Positions 1 to 10,425 of a DNA stretch of 64,000 nt are shown piece after piece. How positions within the stretch are numbered: position 1 is the stretch's first letter; the number at the start of each line of letters is the position of its first letter. Both the position numbers and the translations under genes were made by a program. Under the pieces are notes generated by a model. The model searched no databases and had not been told where the DNA came from. It was given only the letters and a program-made list of their open reading frames with translations. Source of the DNA: Massalongia carnosa (taxonomy: Eukaryota); NCBI GenBank assembly GCA_965645245.1, contig OZ287069.1:992001-1056000 (forward strand). The letters run 5' to 3'.

Positions 1-643
1 TTGCGGCAACGGCCCGACACAAGCAGATGCAAACAATCAAAGCACGACAAATGAAGGTCTGGAACGACTCGTGGTGCGCATATCAAAATCGCGTCATCGA
101 ACCCTCCATAGCACAATCAGTCCCACTGAGCAAAAAACGGCTGAAAATACACACGCAGCTAAAAAAGGCAGAAAGCGCTCTAACAACTCAAATCCGCACT
201 GGCAAGATCGGGTTAGCTGACTTCCTCTACAAGCGACGGGTGCCCTCCGTCACCTCACCGGCCTGCTCATGTGGCTGGCACAGACAAACTCCAGAACATG
301 TAATCATGTTCTGCAGACTTATTGACAATAGAGAACAGATGTTTCGCGCCGCCGGCACGAGTGACTATCAGCAGCTGACCAAATCATCAAAAACTCTGAA
401 GATACTAACTGCTTGGCTAATGAAAACAGGCTTATTGAATCAATTCTCACTAGCCTCAACATTATTGTAAAATCAACAATAGTTGAACCTTTCTTTCTTT
501 CTTCTCTTTTCACAAGGCATTACAGTTCCCACACGTCTTTTGCACTGCGTCTCCCGCCCGACGTCGACCCGTAGTCACATCGGACGGGTATCAAGGGACA
601 TGGTTTTTACACCTGTGAAAGGTTTTCCATGTAACATAACTTA

Positions 644-1981
644 CAGTCCCGTGCCAAAAGTCTGCGGCCCAACCCGTGATTTTCGTGATTTCGCGTTTTC
701 AACTCATCAACCCCCCATCTTCCACCTCATCATTTCACCATGCTTCGTGCTTCTTTGACCCCCATAAGTGGTAATCGGCCTCATAACACTAAATTGACGC
801 CATATCAACGTGGTATAACTGTTAGGGCCCAGGCGTTGGGGCACACACCGACCGAGATTGGGAAGACTCTTAATTTCACTAAATCGACCGTGCAGAGCAC
901 CATTCAGAAGCACTCAATTCGCAACGACGGCGTGTCTAAATCACGTTCTAGACAGCCTAAAGTGCTGTCAGAACGCGATCGACGTTATATCTTCAAGCAT
1001 GCACGAATCAATCCACGAATCACTTATGCACAAATCAAACTAGAAGTGAGGCTCGGTTGCAGTCGTATGACCATTTATCGGGCACTCAAACTGTATGGTT
1101 TAACCAACTGGGTGGCTAAAAAACGACCTACATTGACGCCTGAGGTGGCCAAGAAACGATTGGATTGGTGCTTGCTGCGGCGTGAGTAGACTTTTGAGCA
1201 GTGGTCAAGAGTTATATGGTCAGATGAGTGCTCGGTGGAAAAGGGGTCAGGAAAACAGCGTCAGTGGGTGTTCAGATTGCCGAAAGAAAAATGGAATAAA
1301 GAGATGATACAACCTGTCCCCAAAGGCAAAGGAGTCAGTGTCATGGTTTGGGCAGCTTTTTGGGGAGATGACAGGTCAGATCTTTACAAATTGGCTCGTG
1401 ATTTTGCTGCGAAGAAGATGGGGTACTCGGCAAACTCATATCTGGAATTATTGAACGATAATCTGCTTGGAATTTGGCAACCGGGCCTCATTTTCATGCA
1501 GGATAACGCACCTATATATAAGGCTAAAAAGTTGATGGAATGGTTCAATGAGAACGGCATAGAGGTCATCGACTGGCCCCCCTATTCACCTGATTTAAAT
1601 CCTATCGAGCACGTTTGGTATGTGCTCAAAAAGCTCGTCTATCAAGTCAACCCGAACATAGATTTGGTGATCGGCAGTAATGAAACTGTTCGTGAGGTAC
1701 TTTGGAAAGCGTTAGAAGAAGCCTAGACGTTGATAGATGTGAAAATGATGAGGAGGTTAATAGAGAGCATGAATAGGAGGATAAAAGCGTGTATAGCGTC
1801 GGAAGGATGGTATACTAAATATTAAAAACCAAATTTTGGGGGAATTCTTGTTTGGTATGTATGTAATCATTATGTAAAATTTCAAGACATTAAAGCAATC
1901 ATGACGTGGTTGGTTGTTGATTGAATAGAATGATTGAAATGTTGGTGGGGTGCGGGGCCGCAGACTTTTGGCCTAGTACTG
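644..1981 (+). mobile_element. Tc1/mariner DNA transposon (DD34E) with TA target duplication
   Basis: 27-bp imperfect TIRs (CAGTCCCGTGCCAAAAGTCTGCGGCCC and, reverse-complemented, CAGTACTAGGCCAAAAGTCTGCGGCCC); TA at 642-643 and 1982-1983. Confidence 0.95.
740..1825 (+). pseudogene. Tc1 transposase in one reading frame with two in-frame TAG stops
   Basis: HTH N-terminus, WSDE, FMQDNAP, WPPYSPDLNPIE (34 residues between D and E), ending EGWYTKY*. TAG at 1187-1189 and 1724-1726 sit where Trp (TGG) is expected. Confidence 0.92.
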
Positions 1982-2861
1982 TAGATAGCTTTGCCCGCAT
2001 GGGCCGGCCTACGGCCGGTGTCATATCGGAGTATGAATACATCATCATCATCTATCCATCCATCCGCTATGCTACTTTCCCTTTCCCCTTTCCTAATAAC
2101 CCAAATCTCCCAAAACCTCTTCCTCCGCTTCGCTCGCTCGCTTTACTTGCGCGCTTCTTCTTCTTTCCGTTCGTATCCCGGTAGAAGGAAGGGGATAATA
2201 GGGGGATGCATAGGTCAGGTTTTGATCTGGTTTTGGTTCCTATTGCAAACGCGAGGGTTTTTCCCCTCGTTGCCTTTTCTTTTCTTTTTTTCTCTCTTTC
2301 CTTTAGTTATGGATTTTAAGCTGGCTGGATTTAGTTGGGTTGATAGGTAGTACTTTGGAGATTAGTTGATTGGTTAGGTAGCTGGTTAGTTGGAGACGTA
2401 CGAGTACGTACCTACTTATTTACTTGGCTGGCGTGCGCGCTCTCTTTCTTTAATTCGTTCATTCTCTCTTTTTGGCTAAAGCCAGGCTGAGAAGGGGGGA
2501 AAGGGGGGAGTAGAGGAGGGGAAAGGCAAAAAGGGGATGGGAGGGGAAGTGGGTGGGAATAGAATATTATATGTATGTATGCATCCCTACTCTTTCTTTT
2601 TCTCATATTATCTGTCGGTCTTCTTTGCCGGTCTTTTTCGTCCTCTTTCGTCCCATTCTGCTCTTCCCCCTAGATTTCCTTGAAGTAGGTCCTCCATAAG
2701 GCTTTTCGTTTTCGACCTTCCCTTTCTTTGTTTCTCAAGGAGGGGGAAATGAAGGATAAAACGAGAAGGAGTGAGTAAATAAACAGATAGATAAGAAGGT
2801 TTCGCAAGGAAGGGGAGATGATAGAGAGAGCAGAGAGAAGATGGTAACGAGAAATCCTATG

Positions 2862-3260
2862 GCTTTGTATCGAACTGGACAGATTCCTGGAAAGGGGAAT
2901 GGAGCTATTGCATGCTCGGACATTGCACAAGGCACACTGGTTAATTGCCAGAGCCCACCTCGTTTTATCAGTCCTTGTCTTGCTAGGGATCCTCGGGCGA
3001 GTCTCGGATCTGGTTTTATGATCAGATAAAACAACGGGCTCTGATCAGAGACCGGCAACGCAGTTTCTCCTCCCTTCTCGACATGACTCGGCGGATGATC
3101 TCGCCTTGCACCATTGCCCAAGCTCAACAATTTCGGTTTTAGCAGTCACAACGGTCAGGAATACCTTGAGAGTGAACGGGTGATATCGAGAAATGGCTAT
3201 GTCAGCACCACGCGCCAGGCCGTAAAATACATGACAGAAAATGCGCGTTCGGTGTTCGTG
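2862..3260 (+). pseudogene. Possible degenerate SET-domain gene fragment
   Basis: IPGKGNGAIACSDIAQGTLV..QSP resembles the SET N-terminal motif (GKG.G.FA..DI..G..I..E.P). The downstream frame LNNFGF...RQAVKYM only weakly resembles SET. Frames are broken and no NHSC motif is seen. Confidence 0.3.
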
Positions 3261-4022
3261 CAGACGGTGAAAGAAAGTTTTATCGTTGCTTTTCCAAGCC
3301 AACTGTATCATGATCCTCGTATCAGCAGCTTTCCCTGTTTCTTTCGCTCTTGAAGATGTTTTCTGATGGCTTCTTGCACAATCTCAATGCAGTTCTTAAA
3401 GCATCTCTTTTCCTCCTTGACCATTTTCGTGTGAGTTCTCAAGCAAGTCATCTTCTTCCTCAAATACGTAACTGTCCATAGTCCTTGCAATAGTTCAATC
3501 CATCGGGATGTTTTGCAAGCTCGGCATGGGTCAAGAATACAGGATCGTTGCATAGAGCCTTTAAGTTCCCGGGGCGTGAGAAGTGAACGTCTTAAATGGC
3601 TAAAAATGGTAGTTAATCGTGGCAAATCGCACGGATGACATTTCTTGACTGCTCTTGATATAAGTTGGGATATGGGTTCCGGGTATCTGTTAATGTTCAC
3701 TATTTCCTCGCTACGTCGCTTTGGATTGTGCGAATGAATCTTCTCGCCTCCGCATTTGCTTGCCCTTTTCACTCTTTGTTTCTGACACCAAAGAAAGCAA
3801 GATAGAGGTTCTCCAAGATCTTTAAGGCATAGTCGTTGGTGGCGGGGCTTTCAAGATGATGTTTGGAGAGGGGGGAGGGATGGGGCGTTCGGAGGGCGTA
3901 ATACATGCTGGGAAGGGGGTAAATGGAAGCAGAGATGAGCAGAAATAAGTACCTATATAGTAATACATGATATCGCATTCAAAACATACAGCCGTTCTTA
4001 CCAGCTTCAGACCAGCCGCTCC

Positions 4023-5287
4023 TCATTCCGGCAACGCCCTCATTACCCCCTCAAACGTCATCAGCGCCATTGCATTTGCCGGGAACGCCCGCAAAAAACA
4101 CGGCGCGAACCCCCTCCAGAACCCTCGCGCGCCGTCCCTCCTCCAAATCGCCCTGGCGGCATCCTTCCACCGTGGAAATTGCCGCTCCCCGTCTCTCAGC
4201 CTGCCGCCAAGCGGATCCGTCATGATGCGCTGCTTGACGACGTCGGAGGGGTAGGAGGCAATCCAGAAGAGCTGGGCGGAGAGGCCGCCGGCCCAGAAAT
4301 TGATGGCGGGGGTGGAGAGGGCGGTTGTGCTGACTAGAAGGCGGGTGAGGAGATCGTAGGAGCCCCACCAGACGAAGAAGAAGGAGCGAAAGAGAAGGGT
4401 GGCAGAGAGGCCGTGGTAAAGACCGCGAATGCCGTGGGCGCGATACTTTGCACGTGGATTTGTCAGTGGCAGCCAAGTGAGGCGCAAAACGGGATAATAG
4501 CACGACGTACGATCTTCCGAGTGCAGTCCATGGGGCCACGGTAGAGGCGTTTATTCTTGTCAGCTGCGTATTGGATCTGCAGGCGGGCTTTGATATGCTC
4601 CACTGGCGCGGCGATGAAGCTGACTGTCGCGCCCGCCATCACGCCGGCGATGGCGTGACCCAAGGTTGGGAGCTTATGTGTAACCTGCTCGCTGTCCATA
4701 GCGGCGCGAGCCGCGGGCGAAGGCGTAAGGGCGAGCATGGAGGGGTTTGAGAAGAAGTTTTCGTGAAGGACCCGGCGGTAGAAGGTGAGGGATCCAAGCA
4801 TACTGGAAACTTTGGATTTAGTCATCCATTAGGTAAGGTAGGAGGCATAATACTTACATGGAATCCATAAACATCCATCCTATCAAGGGTGGGGTCGCCC
4901 CTTTGTAGAGCCCCTGGACGCCCTCATTGCGGATGGTCTGGAAAAGACAGTCTAACGGCCCCTTGAACTGGGCTTTTTGAGTGGTTTGCAGTCGAACCTT
5001 GATGGTATCAAAGCTTGTCGTTGTCAGCTCTTGCAATGACCGAGAAGAGGGTGCAAACGCACGGATGGCCGACTGTTTAGAAGTTGTTATTCGTGGATCG
5101 ATCACTGGGAATAAATCTCAGAGTATCACATACCACTTAGTTTGGCAATACCTGAGAAGACACCTGCCACGAACCCCTTATAATTTTTCTGGGTGGCGCT
5201 TCGGGCAGGTTGACCTTGGCCCAAAGCTTCGTTGCTTGCATGATGACTGTCTGGATTGACGATGGCGCTCTCAGCTACTGCGGACAT
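4023..5287 (-). CDS. Mitochondrial carrier family protein, YMC1/2-like; 5 exons including a 10-nt microexon (5063-5072)
   Basis: Spliced KNYKGFVAGVFSGIAKLSV-GHP-FDTIKVRLQT, APVEHIKARLQ, YPSDVVKQRIM: three carrier signature repeats. ATG at 5287. Confidence 0.92.
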
Positions 5288-5863
5288 GAGCTATGGAGGT
5301 TTGACTACCTAGGTAGCGAGAGCGATATCTGCGATCTTAGATATGAGCATGATAGTGCATGGATTTAAGAGGACGAATGAGAGAGGTTGGGTATAAGGAG
5401 AGGAGATGTCTTGGAAGACGAGAGATGGGTCACCACTCTCGCGGTATACTGTTCTTACTCTTCCTAAGTACTCTGTAGCTCGTTATTTCTTTCCATTCAT
5501 ACGCTACCGATCCTACGTTAAATGTACAGGGATCAACTGCAGACGTCATCAGATCCGCCGAAGATCTACTCGCAAGGGATGCCGTTGAAACTCTTCACCA
5601 TCTACAGAGTACAGAGTGCTGAGTGCTGAGTGCTGAGTGCTGAGTTCAGAGTTCAGAGTACTGGTCTATAGAGATGCCTCCTCCCCGGTCGCAAGCAGTG
5701 CGCGAAGCCAATGTGATGGTAATCTATATGGTTCATTCCAATCATCAAACATGAGTCTAACATTAAGCGTTGCCGTATGTACATATCTTCGGCTCTGGCT
5801 GCGACCAGACTTGCCTAAACCTTTCGACTTCCACCCACCCGGGCAAAATTCCAGAATCTGGCC

Positions 5864-6912
5864 ATGGCAGACACCATGAAAGCAGATGCTGTCCGAGTGG
5901 TTGATTCAACCAGAGGTGCGCTCAATATCTCCCTCTCACCTATCACGATGCCGATTACCCACTAGTATGGACAACACTCATTACCAACACCCAATACCTT
6001 TCCGGACTTCTCACTCTCGACTATTCACTCAAGAAACATGGGTCCAAGTATCCGTTGATCGCTCTCTACACCGACACTTTTCCCGAGGAAGGGCATCATG
6101 CCCTCGACGTTCGCAAGATTCCAAAGAAGCATGTTAACTACCTACTTCCTTCGGTCCACAAAGACTACTCCAACGATACGCGCTTCTATGATTGTTGGAG
6201 CAAACTTACACCCTTTTCGCTAGTGGAGTATGACAGGGTCGTGCAGCTAGATAGCGATATGCTGGTATTAAGAAACATGGACGATCTTATGGACCTTGAA
6301 CTTGATCCACCAAGCAGAAGTGGTAAGGGCAACCGAGTATTTGCAGCCAGTCACGCATGCTGCTGCAACCCTTTGAAGAAGCCGCATTATCCCAAAGAAT
6401 GGTAAGATTCTGTAAATTCCCCGGTGTCATTGGTAGGCTAATGATCAATCAGGATCCCCCAAAATTGTGCGTTCACTACACAGCACCGAAATCCTGATGT
6501 TGCACAAGTCCGTGGTGCTCTGCCGACAGCCGGTTTGGGCATGCCCAATGGCGGTCTCCAAGTCGTCAATCCATCCAAGGAATTATATGACTCCATTCTG
6601 GAGCACATGAAAAACTCGGCGGCTGTGGAGAGTTATGAGTTTGCGGATCAATCTTTGCTCTCGGACGTATTTGCTGGCCGATGGGTTGCCTTGCCGTACG
6701 TCTACAATGCATTGAAGACGCTACGGTGGGAGGGGGTACATGCCCCGATTTGGCGCGATGAGGAAGTCAAGAACATCCACTACATCTTGAGCCCTAAGCC
6801 GTGGGACGAGGAGCCGGATCACGAAGGCGATGAGACACACAAATGGTGGTGGAGAGCCAATGACGAGCGGTTGGCCGCAGAAAAGGCTGCGGGGGTTCAT
6901 GATGGGTTTTAG
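5864..6912 (+). CDS. Glycosyltransferase family 8 protein (glycogenin/GNT1-like); 3 exons
   Basis: VWTTLITNTQYLSGLLTLDYSL, WSKLTPFSL, LDSD (DxD motif), NGGLQV, FADQSLL, HYILSPKPW; GT-AG introns near 5916 and 6402. Confidence 0.9.
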
Positions 6913-7618
6913 ATGATGCAACGCATTGATAGGTTCTCGTGGACTCTTTCTTGGTTGCTTTCACTGCTCCGGACGACTTACATCGCCTGTAGTTTCTCCA
7001 TTCATTGGTTTATCTCCTTGTTTTACTCAACGTTTAGTGATACTCGTATATAGACCATATCTAAAGACATGCCCCAATCTCCCATTGCCCATTCAGTGTT
7101 TGACAAGTTAAATCGATTATTGGCAACCAGACAACCAGACATCTACCTGCTCTCTTCCTTTGCGAGAAAGAGCCTAGATCCTCATTCATGGTATCTCGTG
7201 CATCTCCAACTATGATAAGATTTACTTTGTATGAACTGGTCTCGGTATTCGGCACGATAGGTCCGTGTCGGTCCGGGCAGCTAACTGTTCCTAGCATAGT
7301 GTCGGTCAGATCCCAGTCTTTCGCATAATCTCAGGAGGTAAATCGAACTAAACTCGATTCGGTCGCCAGTCAGATATTCATATATTCATCATTAATTCTC
7401 TCTTCACGAAACCTCCACGATTGCACATCCAATACGTCGTTAAAAACGAAATACCTATACATATACCTCCCGATGCGTATCACGAAAAGCAATGCTTCTA
7501 TAAGATTCTATGAGTTACCTGGCTTGCAAACGCCCTGAACTGTTCGGCGGTACTCCCAGCAACTGGGGCTTGGAAGGGGTTGGCCGAGTAATTCCATCGT
7601 CTCGTCTCACCACCACCT

Positions 7619-8861
7619 ATGGCGTTAGCACGCTCCTTACGACGGACGAGCCCCATAACCCTCGCTCTTGCTGCGTTACTCTTCGTCGGCTTCCTCGTCT
7701 TTCTGCTCTCTCCAACCTCCAACGCTGCCTCTATCTCGGCCGCGAGAAAGAAATTCAACGCCGCCGCCGCCCATCCGCTGTCCCCCCCTTCCGCTCCGTT
7801 TGTGAAATCCGCAGCGTCGTCAAAGGGTCAACGAGCGCCCCCACCGGTCGTGCATTACCACCTCAACAACCTCACTACCACCGTTGATCCGGTCGGCAAT
7901 CAAGAACATATCCTAATCCTCACTCCCCTCGTACGCTTCTACCAAGGCTACTGGGACAATCTCCTTTCTCTCACATACCCACATTCCCTTATCGCCCTTG
8001 GCTTCATCATTCCCAAAACCCGCGAAGGCAACGCCGCGACGCTCGCCCTCCAAGCCGCCATCGCGCGGACCCAATCTGGCCCCGAAGCCACCCGATTCGC
8101 CAGCATCACCATCCTACGCCAGGACTTTGACCCGCCGATCCAATCGCAAGATGAAGCGGAGCGACATAAGAAGGAAAACCAACGCGTGCGCCGCTCCGCC
8201 ATGGCCCGGGCCCGGAACTCCCTTCTTTTCACCACCATTGGCCCCTACACCTCCTGGGTGCTCTGGCTCGATTCCGACATCATCGAGACCCCCCCCTCCC
8301 TGATTCAAGACCTAGCCGCGCACGACAAGCCCGTCCTGGTGCCGAACTGCTTCCAGCGCTACACCAATGCCCAAGGCAAGCCGGACACGCGGCCGTATGA
8401 TTACAACAGCTGGCAGGATAGCAAGGCGGCGGCCGAGATGGCAGCGACCATGGACAAGGATGATATCATTGTCGAAGGCTACGAGGACATGCCTACCTTC
8501 CGCACTCTCATGGCCATGACAGCGGATAAATCTGACGGCCGCGATCAAAAGAGTATTATCCAGCTGGACGGTGTTGGTGGGACTGCGCTGCTAGTGAAAG
8601 CGGAAGTGCATCGTGACGGCGCCATGTTTCCTGCGTTTTCATTCTACCACCTTATGGAGACGGAAGGGTTCGCAAAGATGGCGCGGCGGTTGGGGTGGAA
8701 TTGCTTTGGGCTACCGAATTACTTTGTAAGCGTTTTTTCTTTCTTTTTTCTTTATCTATTCGCTTCTGCTCTATCCAAGCTCCTTTCTATTTGGGTGAAA
8801 CACAGGGTGTTCTTACTAATCCTTTCTGGCGCTAAAACAGGTATATCATTACAACGAGTAA
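7619..8861 (+). CDS. MNN9: Mannan polymerase subunit MNN9 (Anp1 family, GT62)
   Basis: N-terminal TM helix, LILTPL, MARARNSLLF, VLWLDSD, YDYNSWQ, LDGVGGTALLV, ETEGFAKMA; intron 8726-8840 gives the C-terminus GLPNYF-VYHYNE*. Confidence 0.9.
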
Positions 8862-10425
8862 AAAAATTACGTGGTCTAGCTTCTTTCTTTTTCTCATACC
8901 TTCCCTCCTTACCAACCCCCCTTTCCACCCTCAATCCCGACCTTTCGACAAAAGCGGGTCTTCAGCAAAAAACTATAATTCATGCAAAGGCTCGAAAAAT
9001 TTTCCCCTTTACATTCCACGAAAAAATCAGTTGTTGTCCAAATATTGATTGAGTGGCGTACATGGAGCTATTTAGGTGCCCAGCTAGGCATGCAAGCAGG
9101 CAAGCAGGCAAGTAGGCAAATAGATAGATACGTAAACGGCAATTTTCTTCGGTCCTATCGTCTCGCTTCTTCCACCTCGGAAAACGCAGGGACAAGGGAG
9201 ATTGATTGGCTTGATTTTTATTTTGTTTACTCTCTTAGTTCGGATTTTCGTCAGCGTAGGAATCTGGGTTGGGGGTGGAGGGTGGAGGTTTATGTACGCA
9301 AATCCTATCAATCAAATCCTATCATATCGAGTCCCTTTTTTCTGATCTGATTTGAGTTAAGCGTAAACCGGCAAGGAAACAGCAAAGTGGGGGAGATGGA
9401 TTGGATGAATGCCGCGTAGCAGAATGGATGAATGCCGCGTAGCAGAATGGATGAATGAATAGGCATTGAAGAAGCTCGTCCATCCAGGGGTCTCTTAGTG
9501 CCATTTTTCCATCCTTCAACTATGAGTTAGATACCTTCCACTCCTCCCTCCCTTCCTTTCATTTACATAGCTATAGTACAGTACACTACCTTACATCACA
9601 TTACACATATACTTACCTATCCATCTATCCTTAACCCCCCCCCCCCCCCCACCCCTAAATAGATTTTGGGGAGATCCGATAGTTTGTCATCATCGATGAA
9701 CCTTTTGGGGGGGGGGGGGGGTAAAGATTTGTTACTGTTACTATTATTGTTAGTCCATGTGTTTTATTCAATTCGTTCGTTCGTTCAGTCAGTTGGTCAG
9801 TTGATAGATAATCCTTTTTGATTTCTTTCTTTGATTCTTTCATGCGCGGGGGACTTCTTGGCACGGGTTAAGAGTTTGGGGGATGGGTTTGAGAGAGGAA
9901 AGGATTGAGAGGATTGAGAAGAAAAGAGGGAGGTGGAGATGGAAGTACCTAAGTATATGGAAGAGTTGGAGTTAGAGATGGATGAAATCAGCGAAACGAA
10001 AAATAAAAGCAAAATGAAAAAAAAGAAAGAGAAAAGGATAAATATAAAAAAAAAACCAAAGGATTCCCTGGTGGTTAGGGGAACCTTGTTCTATGCATCC
10101 ATAGATTATCTATCTATGCACACAAACCAGGAAGGAAACAAGCAAAGGCAATTAGTTATTCACCTACCGAACCGAATCTCTACGGTATCTACCCTCGTAC
10201 CTCACACACGTATCGCGCCGTTACCGTTACCGTTAATGCAAAAACGCCTCCCATCCACCCATCCACCTATCCATTCATGCACCCAAAGTCCCAATAGGAA
10301 CGAATATGATACGCCCCCATCATTACCAACACCCTCATCCTAAACCGCCGGAACCGATTCTAGAAACGCCGCCCCATGATGCCCGGCCCACCAAATGGGT
10401 TCAAATCGATTTGGTAACCCCTCAA

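Larger units (their letters stand above)
1..2052 (+). mobile_element. Tad1-like LINE (non-LTR retrotransposon) 3' end, interrupted by a Tc1 element; the window starts inside it
   Basis: ORF 27-470 has the LINE ORF2 C-terminal signature (QIRTGKIGL..FL..R.VP...ACSCGW..QT..HV..FC), clearly homologous to 21517-22746. The 3'UTR resumes after the Tc1 at 1984 and ends in (CAT)4 at 2040-2052. Confidence 0.88.

Noticed and set aside
1993..2030. HDV-like ribozyme in the LINE
   Set aside because: Only superficial GGCCGG similarity; I could not build the nested double pseudoknot, and it lies at the 3' rather than the 5' end.
9402..9457. Short tandem duplications (also 5606-5660, 34978-35025, 39022-39073)
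   Set aside because: Ordinary slippage repeats of 2-7 units in spacers.
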